From Scyliorhinus canicula (Eukaryota): DNA of 64,000 nucleotides. The position numbers were made by a program, and so were the translations under genes. Shown in pieces: positions 38,985 to 47,850 of this stretch; the first letter of the stretch is position 1; every line of letters starts with the position of its first letter. Where the stretch lies: NCBI RefSeq assembly GCF_902713615.1, contig NC_052147.1, positions 16,941,865 to 17,005,864 on the forward strand. Direction: 5' to 3'. The notes below the pieces were generated by a model that had not been told where the DNA came from, did no database searches, and saw nothing but the letters and a program-made list of their open reading frames with translations.

Positions 38985-39938
38985 TGTTGCACGTTTTACT
39001 ATGGGCGTAAAACGCGTTTATTGGAGTGTATTAACACGCCTCCGAGTTCGACGTGTGCTTAACACTGCTAGGCTCTGTTCTATGTAATTATTTAAGCTCT
39101 GGAGTCGCCAGCTGCCGTATAGGCAACGTCACAAGTATTCCAAGGTCAAATTCAAAGTAATAAAGACGATACACCGATTAGTCAAGTTCAAACGATCAAT
39201 ATTTATTATACAGTTAATAATAAATACTCATGCACACACACACTAAGAGACTAAGCTACAACTAAACATAAGCAAACAGAATACTTATCTAACAGGAACA
39301 GGCAAGGTCAGAGAACGAGGCCTTCGTCCTGGTTTTGTCTGCAGCCTTCAGCAAGCGTTCTGGCACTTGGGAGTCTAGCGGGCTTGGATCGCGTAGCGAG
39401 CGTTGAACTTACGGTTTCGGCGGCTGGTGCTCAACGGCTGGAGTCAGGATACCAGGTGTCAGTCGGGGCCGGAGCACAGGTTTAACAGACCGGACAACAC
39501 GAGGTCCCTATCTTTTATAGGGGTTCCGTTGTCCTTCCCTCTTCTCGGGCGGGCTCTACCTATTGGATCAATTTCTTATCGATACTGGATTAATTCCCCA
39601 ATGCGAGGGGGTCTCCGTGATGGAGGGGGCGTTTCTTATGTCCTTTTGTTCGGAGGTTTCTGGTGCCTCGATGTCTGGGTCTTGATTGGAATGTGTCCAT
39701 TCAGAACCAAATGTATCTATTGTGTGGGTGTTCAAGTCTGATGGCCTCATTAGCATGCAAAGCGTTTTGCCATTTGCACCTAGCTAAGGTCTCTTCACCT
39801 GAGCCCAAACTGGTTTCTGCTGCTGCAGAATGCAAACTGCTCTTTGCAGACTGCTGTTCTGGCTGAACTGTCTGTTTCTCAGCAGCCTTCCATTTTAGTT
39901 TGGCTCAGTGTCCATTTTGCGTGGCCAGCATGGCTACA
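38985..39938 (-). repeat. 3' LTR (954 bp)
   Basis: Direct repeat of 47851-48804 at offset 8866; minus-strand AATAAA at 39202-39207. Confidence 0.95.
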
Positions 39939-39948
39939 TTCCCTCCTT
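39939..39948 (-). other. Polypurine tract
   Basis: AAGGAGGGAA directly before the TG of the 3' LTR. Confidence 0.8.
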
Positions 39949-40266
39949 GTGATCCTCACAATCATACTATTGTGAAGGATCACCTATGTACTTTGCCTCC
40001 TTGTGTTCTGACCTCTTGCCAGTTCCTGTTCTACTCTGTTCTAAACTATGGGAAGAAGAGAAAAAATTTTTTAACTAACATTTCTACTTGGCCCTATGTC
40101 AAAGGGACATGCATTACTACAATTGGGAACCTCTACCTATCACTATTAACCTTAACCTTAACTTAAACATGTAATCACTCTAAACCTTAACCATTCACAC
40201 CACAACATCACACTTCCCAACTCGGCAGTCGAGTATGGAACAATATAATACATGGCTGAATTTTAT

Positions 40267-40620
40267 TTACAGAGTGTTGTAATCAGTGAGGGGTTGAGGG
40301 GTTTGGTGGAATCCGAAGATGGGGGATTGCACTCTATAGATGGGTGAGGTGCTGGAACGAGAGGCTCTCCTCTTCCATTTCCTCAACCTGAGGGTCTGCA
40401 CTAGGATGATGAGGATCGCAATCACCAACAGTGATTCGATTATGTAGGACATGGAGTACCACGTCATGAATTTAGTACACCAGGTCTGAACCTCGCTGAT
40501 CAGAGCTGAGCACTGGGGGTTTGTTGTACTAACATTTACGGTGGGGGTTGTGGGGGAAACGTGTCTTGTTTCCACACATATACATATGACATTAAATAGT
40601 AATAAGTGGGCTTCCATCAT
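40267..40620 (-). CDS. 117-aa small single-pass membrane protein in the env position
   Basis: AAAATGATGG strong start context; hydrophobic N-terminus, S/T/P-rich stalk with NVS sequon, C-X10-C, TM YIIESLLVIAILIILVQTL, polybasic RLRKWKRR, C-terminal YNTL. Confidence 0.7.
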   Translation of the reverse strand: MMEAHLLLFNVICICVETRHVSPTTPTVNVSTTNPQCSALISEVQTWCTKFMTWYSMSYIIESLLVIAILIILVQTLRLRKWKRRASRSSTSPIYRVQSPIFGFHQTPQPLTDYNTL

Positions 40621-41555
40621 TTTGCTGTTCTTCTTCTTTCTCTTCCTTCTTCCTCCGGTATTGACAATCCTGGCTTCGACCTCTGTCTCGTCCTTTGAAA
40701 CCTTTGGGATCAAGCACAGTATCTGTCAATACACAGTTTAAGACCTTTACTTGTTAGTGCATCTGTCTTTCAAAACCCAATTGACCCTTTAAAATGACTG
40801 GCTAAGTCACACCCTGTGACTCCCCTCATTTTTTTTTCAAAAAGCGAATTTAAAGACCAGCATACACCTAACAATCCTTCCTTCTGCGAGCCGTCTCGCA
40901 GGCTTTGCTGATTTACCATCCGAATGTTTCCGGATGTAAATAGCATGTGGGATGGTGGCCGAAGGGCTACCTAACGTAAAATGAAAACAAAATTTGGAAA
41001 GAAACATCCGAATGAGTTGCGTATGGGCCGCTACGGGTATGAGTTGGATGGGATCCCCGGGTAGGGCGTGCTGTGCCATACCCGAGCTTGGCTGACCAAG
41101 GGTTGGTTCTCAGACAGGGCGGGTCCTCAGTGCCGTTTGTCCACTGCCTGAGTAACCTGGAAAAACGGGTACGAATGTGTTTACCATGACTTGCAGCCTC
41201 TATTTCGCCGAATAGAGGGGCACCTAAAAAAACCAAGGGAGCCAAGATGCTCCAACTGAGGACATCACTGAAGTTCTCAGAGATATCTGCAGATAAACTA
41301 TTTGGCGTGTGGCCTTACAACTTTGGAAAAGATCTCCAATCAAACCGAAGTTCTCAAAAGTTTCGGCAGACAAGCTAACGTGTATGTGAGGTGGTCACAA
41401 TCTTTTCAGCTGAAAAGAAGATGTCCATCCTCCAGCTGAAACATTTACATTCCTGAAACAAACAAACATAAAACGAAGACAAACATACGTGCAGGTTCCA
41501 TCAGAAAGGACATCGTTTCCCTCAAACGATTCCTATCTTACATCATCTGGACACC

Positions 41556-44500
41556 TCACTTTGATTCTGCCTCTGTGAACAGGGTCACAAAGGGGTTGCC
41601 GTGTCGGGAGTCAGACATTGCGTCGTCCTGCTCTCCCGGATCCCACACCCTTGTGTGGATCAGGCATGCTATTTTGGAGTTGTGTGACCGGGGGTCACTC
41701 TCGTCATTGCGGACAAGTCTGTAGGAATTGTCCCTGTGCCATTGTGTGGCGTCGAGTGTGTTGTCGGGGTAGTCGGGGTCGGGTGGTGGTTCGGGGTTTT
41801 TGAGGTAAGTGACTTCCATGGGGTCACTGGAGTCGGGGTCGTAGTTGGTGCAGTGTGGGCTGTATGGCTGTGTGGTGTCGCTGTCTTCAGAGTCAGTGTC
41901 TGTCCTACTGTCTCTGCTGTGGCAGCTTGTGGGCGTGTCGGGGCGTGGTCTGTAGTGGTCTGTGGGCGGAGTCATGGGCGAGTCCGTGGATGAACTGGTC
42001 TGTGAGGGGGATGGTGGAAAAGTGTCTCTGGTGGGCGGGGTGAAGTGTTCTGCCGCGTCTAGCAGGACATGGTGAGCATGGTTGGCCTGTGTTCCATAAG
42101 CCTTTAACTGGTTTATATGGAACCACGCGGTCTTCCCATTAGGATATTTGATCCTGTAAACGGAGGGGCTAATTTTGTCCGAAATTGAGTAGGGACCGGA
42201 ATATTTTGGAGCCAAAAAACTGCTGGGGTTATAAACAGATAACATTACCTGTTGCCCAACCTGGAATTCTGTGGTGTGTACGGTCTTATTGAAACAGGCA
42301 GTCCGTTGCTGTCGGCGTTTCCCTAGCTGGACTGCGGCTGCGAGCTGTGCAGACCTCACAGTCTCAACTAGATCTCTAACTGCCTTTTCATGTGTGAGGG
42401 CCGTCACTTCGGGGCTTGTCATGTCCAGTCCTAAAAGGAATTCTGTACCTTTCATAGGGCGTCCGGTCATGAGTGTGTGTGGTGTGTATCCTGTCGATGT
42501 GGAGACAGTGTTCCTTATGAACATAAGTGCAAAGGGGAGCACTGAATCCCATGTGGAATTGTTCTCTTGAACCATTTTCCTAAGGGTAGTTTTTAGGGTC
42601 CGATTCATGCGCTCCACAATCCCGCTGGACTGTGGATGATACGCAATGTGGAAGTTCTGTTTGATTCCGAATATTGTCAGGACGTTCCTCATGACCCGTC
42701 CTGTAAAGTGAGATCCCTGGTCCGAATCGATACTTCGGGGTAAACCCCATCTCGTGAAGATGTGGTGGGTCAGGATCTTTGCAGCTGTCTTAGCTGTGTT
42801 TGTTCGCGAGGGAAATGCCTCTACCCACTTGGTAAAGGTATCTATCACCACCAGAACGTATTTATAGCCATTCCGACAAGGGGGCAATGGACCTATAAAG
42901 TCGATCTGGAGGTTTGTCCAAGGGCCGTTAACTGGGCGAGTATGCCGAAGTTGTGCTTTCTTAGAATACCGCTCCGGGTTATTCTGAGCACAAATCAGGC
43001 AATTCTCTATGTAGTGCGTAACATCATTCCTGAGATCAGGCCACCAACAGAGTTGCCTGAGGTGCCTCGTTGTTGCATCAATTCCCTGATGGCCGTGTCC
43101 GTCATGGAACAAGGCAATCATCTGATTCCTGTCCTGCTGTGGGACCACATAAAGTCGGTCCTTAATGATCACACCCTCATGTGTGGTCAGTGCGTGTTTG
43201 AAGTGCTCGTAAGCAGGCACAAAGTTTCCCTTGAAAACCTCCCTGAGGTCTCCGTCCTGTTTTTGTGCTGCCACGAGGTCTTTAATATCAGTCTGTGAGA
43301 CTTGGACTGCGCTCACAGGGGCGCTAGCTGGTGCGGTAGCTGGGGGGGTCCATAAGTGTCCTCTCCTGGAACCTGCCTTAGCCAACGCGTCGGCTTTTAC
43401 ATTCCCAGGGGGTGATGACCTATGGTGACTTCTTACTTTTATTATGCCGAAGGTCCTGTCCTTCGCTTTCGCTAAAATATGCTGGAGTAGAGGGGCTGAT
43501 GGAAGGGGTTTCCCGTCTGCGGAGACAAAACCTCGTGTCCTCCACAGGGGCAGAAAATCGGTTAAACTGTTACAGACATATAAGCTGTCTGAATATATGT
43601 CTGCTGGGCTGGGGAAAGAATCGGGGTGGTCCACTATGTACGCTATGGCTGCTAGCTCTGCTGCCTGCGCGCCTAAGTGACCTGGTAACTTAAGAGCTAT
43701 CTCTTCGAGAGCGCGCCCCTGCGCGTCCTCTACATAGATGCCGCATCCTGTGATACGCTCACCATTTAAAACTGTGGAGGAACCGTCTACATAAATCCTC
43801 AAGGGTCCACACGTGTCTGTGGGCTGGGGGCTTTGTTTCGGGTTCCCTATCTTCCTGGGGGGTGTTTTGGCTAAAAAGGGTCCTGTGTTATGCAGGGGAG
43901 CTACAATTTCACAGTCATGGGGCTGTCCGGGGTATTGGAGGTTGTCTGCTAAGTATGTGTGGGTGCGTGTCCGTTTTACTGTAATGTCCCGTCCTTGTAA
44001 AAGTAGGGTCCACCTAGCTGCCCTAATCTGGCTAACTGAACCGTCCTTCAGTCGACCGTCTAGGAGTAGCTGTGTGGGTGTATGTTCGGTTAGAATGGTG
44101 ATGGGGTTTAGTCCGGTTATGTATGAAAAGTACTGTACTGCCCAGAAGACAGCAAGGAGGTGCCTCTCACAGGCTGAAAATCCTTGTTCTACCGGGTCTA
44201 ACAGTCGGGAGGCATAAGCCACTGGTCTTAGCTGCTCGTGCCGTTCCTGAAGCAACACGGCCGAGAGGGTTAGATCTGTGCTAGCTACCTCGATTGCGTA
44301 CGGTGAAAGTTGGTCGGGGACTAGCAGCGCGGGTGCTGCACTAAGGGCTCGTTTCAACTCTTCCACAGCGCCTGTATGCTGCGGAAGCCATTCCCAGGGG
44401 GCTCCTTTCTTAAGGAGGTCTGAAAGTGGGGCGGCTTTTGTCGCGAATCCGTCGATGTGGTTCCGACAATAGCCAACCAGTCCTAAAAACGACCGGAGGG

Positions 44501-45782
44501 CTGATACATTCTGGGGAAGGGGCAATTTGACAATCGAATCAATTCTTTTGAATTCGATCTCGCGTTTGCCGTGCGTGATGACTGATCCCAAATACATCAC
44601 TTTACTTTCCAATATTTGGGCCTTTTTCGGGTTAACTTTACAGCCAATTTCAGTTAAGAGTTCCAGGAGTTCGGCCAGAAGCGAAATGTGCTCTGCCTTT
44701 GTGTCTGTCTGCAGTAGTAGGTCGTCTACATACTGTACCAGACATTCGGGTCGGGAAAATTTTTCTAATCCACTTGCCAGCTGTCGGTGGAAAATGGAGG
44801 GGGAATTGTGGAATCCTTGTGGGAGGCATGTCCACGTGTACTGCTGTGTTTTAAAAGTGAATGCGAATTTGTATTGGCACGCTTTTGCCAATGGTATTGA
44901 CCAGAATCCATTACTGATGTCCAATACCGTGAAGTACTTGGCGTTGAGACCCTGCTTGAGCATGGTCTCGGGACTAGTAGCTACCGTTGGGGCTACTGCG
45001 GGGGTTACTTTGTTGAGTTCCCGATAATCGATGGTCAGACGCCATGATCCATCGGGCTTCCTCACTGGCCAAATAGGGGCATTGTTGGTGGAGGCTACCG
45101 TTCTCAGTACACCTTGGTCCAACAAGCTGCCTATAACTTTTTCTATTTCCACCTCTGCCTCGAGGGGAAATCTATACTGCTTTTGCGGTCGGGGGTCCTG
45201 TCCGGTAACATGAACTTGTCCAGTCATTCTGCCACAGTCATGACGGTGACTTGCAAATGCTGTCCTGTGTTTGTTTAGTAGGGCCTTAATTTGTCGGTCG
45301 GTGTGGAGTGTAGTCAGGTCGAATGAGTACTCTCCCACTGCGCTAATCCGATTAGCGTAGTCTCCTACTGTGAGGGTGGCTGGGGCTCTGTCTGATCTCG
45401 CCATTCGCCAGACACACTGGTTCACTGGGTCGAACGACAAGCTGTGAGCGTTCATGAAATCTATCCCCAGGATGTGCTCTGCTGTCCGGGGAAGATTTAC
45501 TAAAACTACGGGGTGCCTTGTGCTAATGTTCCCTAGCTGGATCGCTACGGGTGCTGTGATATGTCCCTGCTGCGAGTGTCCGGTGAACCCGCTAAGTGTG
45601 ATGGTGGAGGTGGTCGGCCACGTGTCTGCGTGTGCCGTGGTTGTGGAGTTAATGGTGGTGCGGGATCCTCCTGTGTCCCACAGTAACTCTATGGGCTTCC
45701 CTTTGACTTTTGCCGTGACTACGGGCCTCCCTGATGAGTCCCATAGTGTGTCACAGACCCAAGTGGGGGAGCCCGAACACCG
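41556..45782 (-). CDS. pol: Pro-Pol (protease, RT, tether RNase H, RNase H, integrase), in frame with gag
   Basis: LLWDTGGS at ~45669-45677; LDISNGFWS, LPQGFHNSP, YVDD; RPVAYASR tether; YVDGS..AQAAEL..YSDS..GNVKADALA; HHCC and DDE integrase with GPY module. Frame open from 45782, 109 codons upstream of the listed ATG. Confidence 0.93.
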   Translation of the reverse strand, partial: RCSGSPTWVCDTLWDSSGRPVVTAKVKGKPIELLWDTGGSRTTINSTTTAHADTWPTTSTITLSGFTGHSQQGHITAPVAIQLGNISTRHPVVLVNLPRTAEHILGIDFMNAHSLSFDPVNQCVWRMARSDRAPATLTVGDYANRISAVGEYSFDLTTLHTDRQIKALLNKHRTAFASHRHDCGRMTGQVHVTGQDPRPQKQYRFPLEAEVEIEKVIGSLLDQGVLRTVASTNNAPIWPVRKPDGSWRLTIDYRELNKVTPAVAPTVATSPETMLKQGLNAKYFTVLDISNGFWSIPLAKACQYKFAFTFKTQQYTWTCLPQGFHNSPSIFHRQLASGLEKFSRPECLVQYVDDLLLQTDTKAEHISLLAELLELLTEIGCKVNPKKAQILESKVMYLGSVITHGKREIEFKRIDSIVKLPLPQNVSALRSFLGLVGYCRNHIDGFATKAAPLSDLLKKGAPWEWLPQHTGAVEELKRALSAAPALLVPDQLSPYAIEVASTDLTLSAVLLQERHEQLRPVAYASRLLDPVEQGFSACERHLLAVFWAVQYFSYITGLNPITILTEHTPTQLLLDGRLKDGSVSQIRAARWTLLLQGRDITVKRTRTHTYLADNLQYPGQPHDCEIVAPLHNTGPFLAKTPPRKIGNPKQSPQPTDTCGPLRIYVDGSSTVLNGERITGCGIYVEDAQGRALEEIALKLPGHLGAQAAELAAIAYIVDHPDSFPSPADIYSDSLYVCNSLTDFLPLWRTRGFVSADGKPLPSAPLLQHILAKAKDRTFGIIKVRSHHRSSPPGNVKADALAKAGSRRGHLWTPPATAPASAPVSAVQVSQTDIKDLVAAQKQDGDLREVFKGNFVPAYEHFKHALTTHEGVIIKDRLYVVPQQDRNQMIALFHDGHGHQGIDATTRHLRQLCWWPDLRNDVTHYIENCLICAQNNPERYSKKAQLRHTRPVNGPWTNLQIDFIGPLPPCRNGYKYVLVVIDTFTKWVEAFPSRTNTAKTAAKILTHHIFTRWGLPRSIDSDQGSHFTGRVMRNVLTIFGIKQNFHIAYHPQSSGIVERMNRTLKTTLRKMVQENNSTWDSVLPFALMFIRNTVSTSTGYTPHTLMTGRPMKGTEFLLGLDMTSPEVTALTHEKAVRDLVETVRSAQLAAAVQLGKRRQQRTACFNKTVHTTEFQVGQQVMLSVYNPSSFLAPKYSGPYSISDKISPSVYRIKYPNGKTAWFHINQLKAYGTQANHAHHVLLDAAEHFTPPTRDTFPPSPSQTSSSTDSPMTPPTDHYRPRPDTPTSCHSRDSRTDTDSEDSDTTQPYSPHCTNYDPDSSDPMEVTYLKNPEPPPDPDYPDNTLDATQWHRDNSYRLVRNDESDPRSHNSKIACLIHTRVWDPGEQDDAMSDSRHGNPFVTLFTEAESK

Positions 45783-47531
45783 TCAGTTCGTCTCGTCCAC
45801 ATTGGTGGGTCCTGACTGTACTGCTACATTGTGGATTGGTTTTGCTTTGTTGCGGTTCAGAGTGCCTGTCTGCTGGCCTCTCTGAGATCGCTGGGGTGCA
45901 TTACACTCTTTTGCCCAATGCCCTAACTGTCCACAGTTATAGCATTCCTGTCCTTTCTGTTGAGGGCTGCTCTTGCCTTCATTTACCCATGCGGGCTTCT
46001 GGTGCTCTCTGACTGCTTGGATATCTGCAGCAGCCTGAGCCTCTTCTGGGGATCTAACCTTTCCTTTTGCCTGAAGCGATTGCTCCCAAGCGCGGGACAA
46101 TCTTTTCAGGACCCATTTTTCGTTATGGGCCTCTTCTGAGGGGTCGTAACTATTGCAAGCGCTCTGTCCTGCTTCTGTTGCGTGTGAGATAATTGTGCGC
46201 GTCCATTTAACCATGTTTTCGCGGGTTAAATGCGCTCTATCTAGCTGTCCGAAAACTGCGCTGAAATGAATCCACAGCCTTCCTGCGAATGCTGTGGGGT
46301 GTTCAGATCTCTTCTGCCTGCACTTATTCAAGCCTTCTACGGGGTCACCTCTATTGTACCCGATGGCATCTAAAATAGCAGTGTGCATCTCCTCTAGGCT
46401 GCCTCCTGCCACGTTTTGTGGGTCGGGGAGGGCTGCCACTACACTCTGGTCTAAGCTCAACACGGTGAGCTTAACCTGCTCTCTCTCATCCAGGCCGTAC
46501 ATGGTAGCCTGCTGTTTTACTTTCGCGAAGAACTGGTGGGGGTCTGCGGTGGGGAGGAACGGAGTGATCTTTTCACAAGCGTCCCTTAGCTGGGTTACTG
46601 TTAAAGGGGTGGTGTAAGTTATGTCTGGGGCGCCTTCTGATTCGGCTTTCCTCTGTGTGGTTACGGGATTCATGGGTGCGGTTATGATCTGAGCTGTGGG
46701 GGGTTGGGGTGCCTGTCGTTTCTGCTGAGCTGCGGGCGCACATGTTCCCTGAACATAACGCTGCGCTGTCTCGCTTAATTCCTGCCAATCTGGGGCGTTT
46801 TCCCCATCTAACTGAGCTCCAAAGGTGCTTTGGAAGCCATTCTGCACCGAAAGCAGAGATTGCAGTTCCGCAATCTGTTTTCTGCATTTCGCGTGGTCAA
46901 CTGTGCTTTGTCTTTGTTCGGTTGTTGCAGCATGGAGTGCTCTCAAAGCTGCTTTGAGATCGGAACATTGCCTCTGCAATGCCTCCACCTGCTTCTCCGA
47001 TTCCTGTCTTATCAGAACGGCACGTTGCACGTCCTGATAGGCTTTCTCATACTGGGTCTGGGAACTGTTCAGATGAGCTAGACAAGACTGGTGAGCCCTC
47101 TTGGCATCATCCACCTCTCTACCCTTCTCTGCCAACTTCCCTTTAAGATCCAGGTTTTCTTTCTCGATGTCCCTGACATCGACCTTACTCATTCGGTTCT
47201 TTTCCTCTAAATCTGTCCGGAGCGTCCTGATGACCTCCTCTGCGCCTCGCAACTGTGCCAAGCAGGACACAATCGCCATCGGCTTGCGTGCTTTACCTAA
47301 ACTCTTTTTGTGTATCTGAGAGAGGTTCTCCCACCAAGTATGACCTATACTTCCGGGACCTGTCTCCTCATTTGCACAAAACTCTTTCCAAAGGGGCCAT
47401 CCCTTTCCCTGCAGATATTTGCGGAGTTCCAGCTCCCACGTGGGACACTGGCCTACCCTGCTACTGCTGCTGGTCGCTGCGACCACAAACTTTGCTGGAT
47501 CCATCAGACGTTCCATTGCCTGCATGGCCAT
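45783..47531 (-). CDS. gag: Gag (582 aa) with long coiled-coil segment and one CCHC zinc knuckle
   Basis: First ORF after PBS; CYNCGQLGHWAKEC; heptad-rich region ~aa 90-230. Confidence 0.9.
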   Translation of the reverse strand: MAMQAMERLMDPAKFVVAATSSSSRVGQCPTWELELRKYLQGKGWPLWKEFCANEETGPGSIGHTWWENLSQIHKKSLGKARKPMAIVSCLAQLRGAEEVIRTLRTDLEEKNRMSKVDVRDIEKENLDLKGKLAEKGREVDDAKRAHQSCLAHLNSSQTQYEKAYQDVQRAVLIRQESEKQVEALQRQCSDLKAALRALHAATTEQRQSTVDHAKCRKQIAELQSLLSVQNGFQSTFGAQLDGENAPDWQELSETAQRYVQGTCAPAAQQKRQAPQPPTAQIITAPMNPVTTQRKAESEGAPDITYTTPLTVTQLRDACEKITPFLPTADPHQFFAKVKQQATMYGLDEREQVKLTVLSLDQSVVAALPDPQNVAGGSLEEMHTAILDAIGYNRGDPVEGLNKCRQKRSEHPTAFAGRLWIHFSAVFGQLDRAHLTRENMVKWTRTIISHATEAGQSACNSYDPSEEAHNEKWVLKRLSRAWEQSLQAKGKVRSPEEAQAAADIQAVREHQKPAWVNEGKSSPQQKGQECYNCGQLGHWAKECNAPQRSQRGQQTGTLNRNKAKPIHNVAVQSGPTNVDETN

Positions 47532-47827
47532 TTCCTCTGACTCTCTTTTTATAATTTGGAACAGGGGGTTGCTGGGGTGGTGTTTCGTAAAAAGGGTACG
47601 GCTTACGCTATTTTCCGATTACAAAACTACCGAAAGTTTGTCGCAACAAAAAGCTTTCAGTTTTACCTTACAGCCCTGTTAGTACGCATGCACTAAAACA
47701 CACTTCCGAATTTCGCTTATTATTTTGAACACCTTGAATACTTGTGATCTCTTTCTTTCTCTGCAATTTGGAGTTCTAATTCAAATTTCAGGGTCCTGGA
47801 CACTGTGGTGTTTCCACTTGCAACAGG

Positions 47828-47845
47828 ATCCCACCAGAGTCGCCA
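47828..47845 (-). other. Primer-binding site, tRNA-Arg(UCU)
   Basis: TGGCGACTCTGGTGGGAT, complementary to ...AUCCCACCAGAGUCGCCA, the 3' end of vertebrate tRNA-Arg(UCU) as recalled. Confidence 0.8.
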
Positions 47846-47850
47846 CTAAA

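Noticed and set aside
39403-39866. ORFs inside the LTRs (duplicated at 48269-48732)
   Set aside because: Short, mostly antisense or non-ATG, no recognisable motifs; duplication only reflects LTR identity
40837-41245. 80- and 92-aa minus-strand ORFs as accessory genes or env remnants
   Set aside because: No TM, furin, heptad or Cys pattern; they overlap the hairpin array, so RNA structure is the simpler explanation, though spliced use is not excluded
41494-41555. SECIS-like element after pol (ATGA...AA...GA) that could make the gag UGA a selenocysteine codon
   Set aside because: The helix above the putative quartet does not pair in SECIS register; a plain hairpin fits better and UGA-CGG plus a stem explains readthrough
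42271-47554. Plus-strand ORFs of 100-180 aa antisense to gag/pol
   Set aside because: Expected shadow ORFs of a long coding region; no independent features
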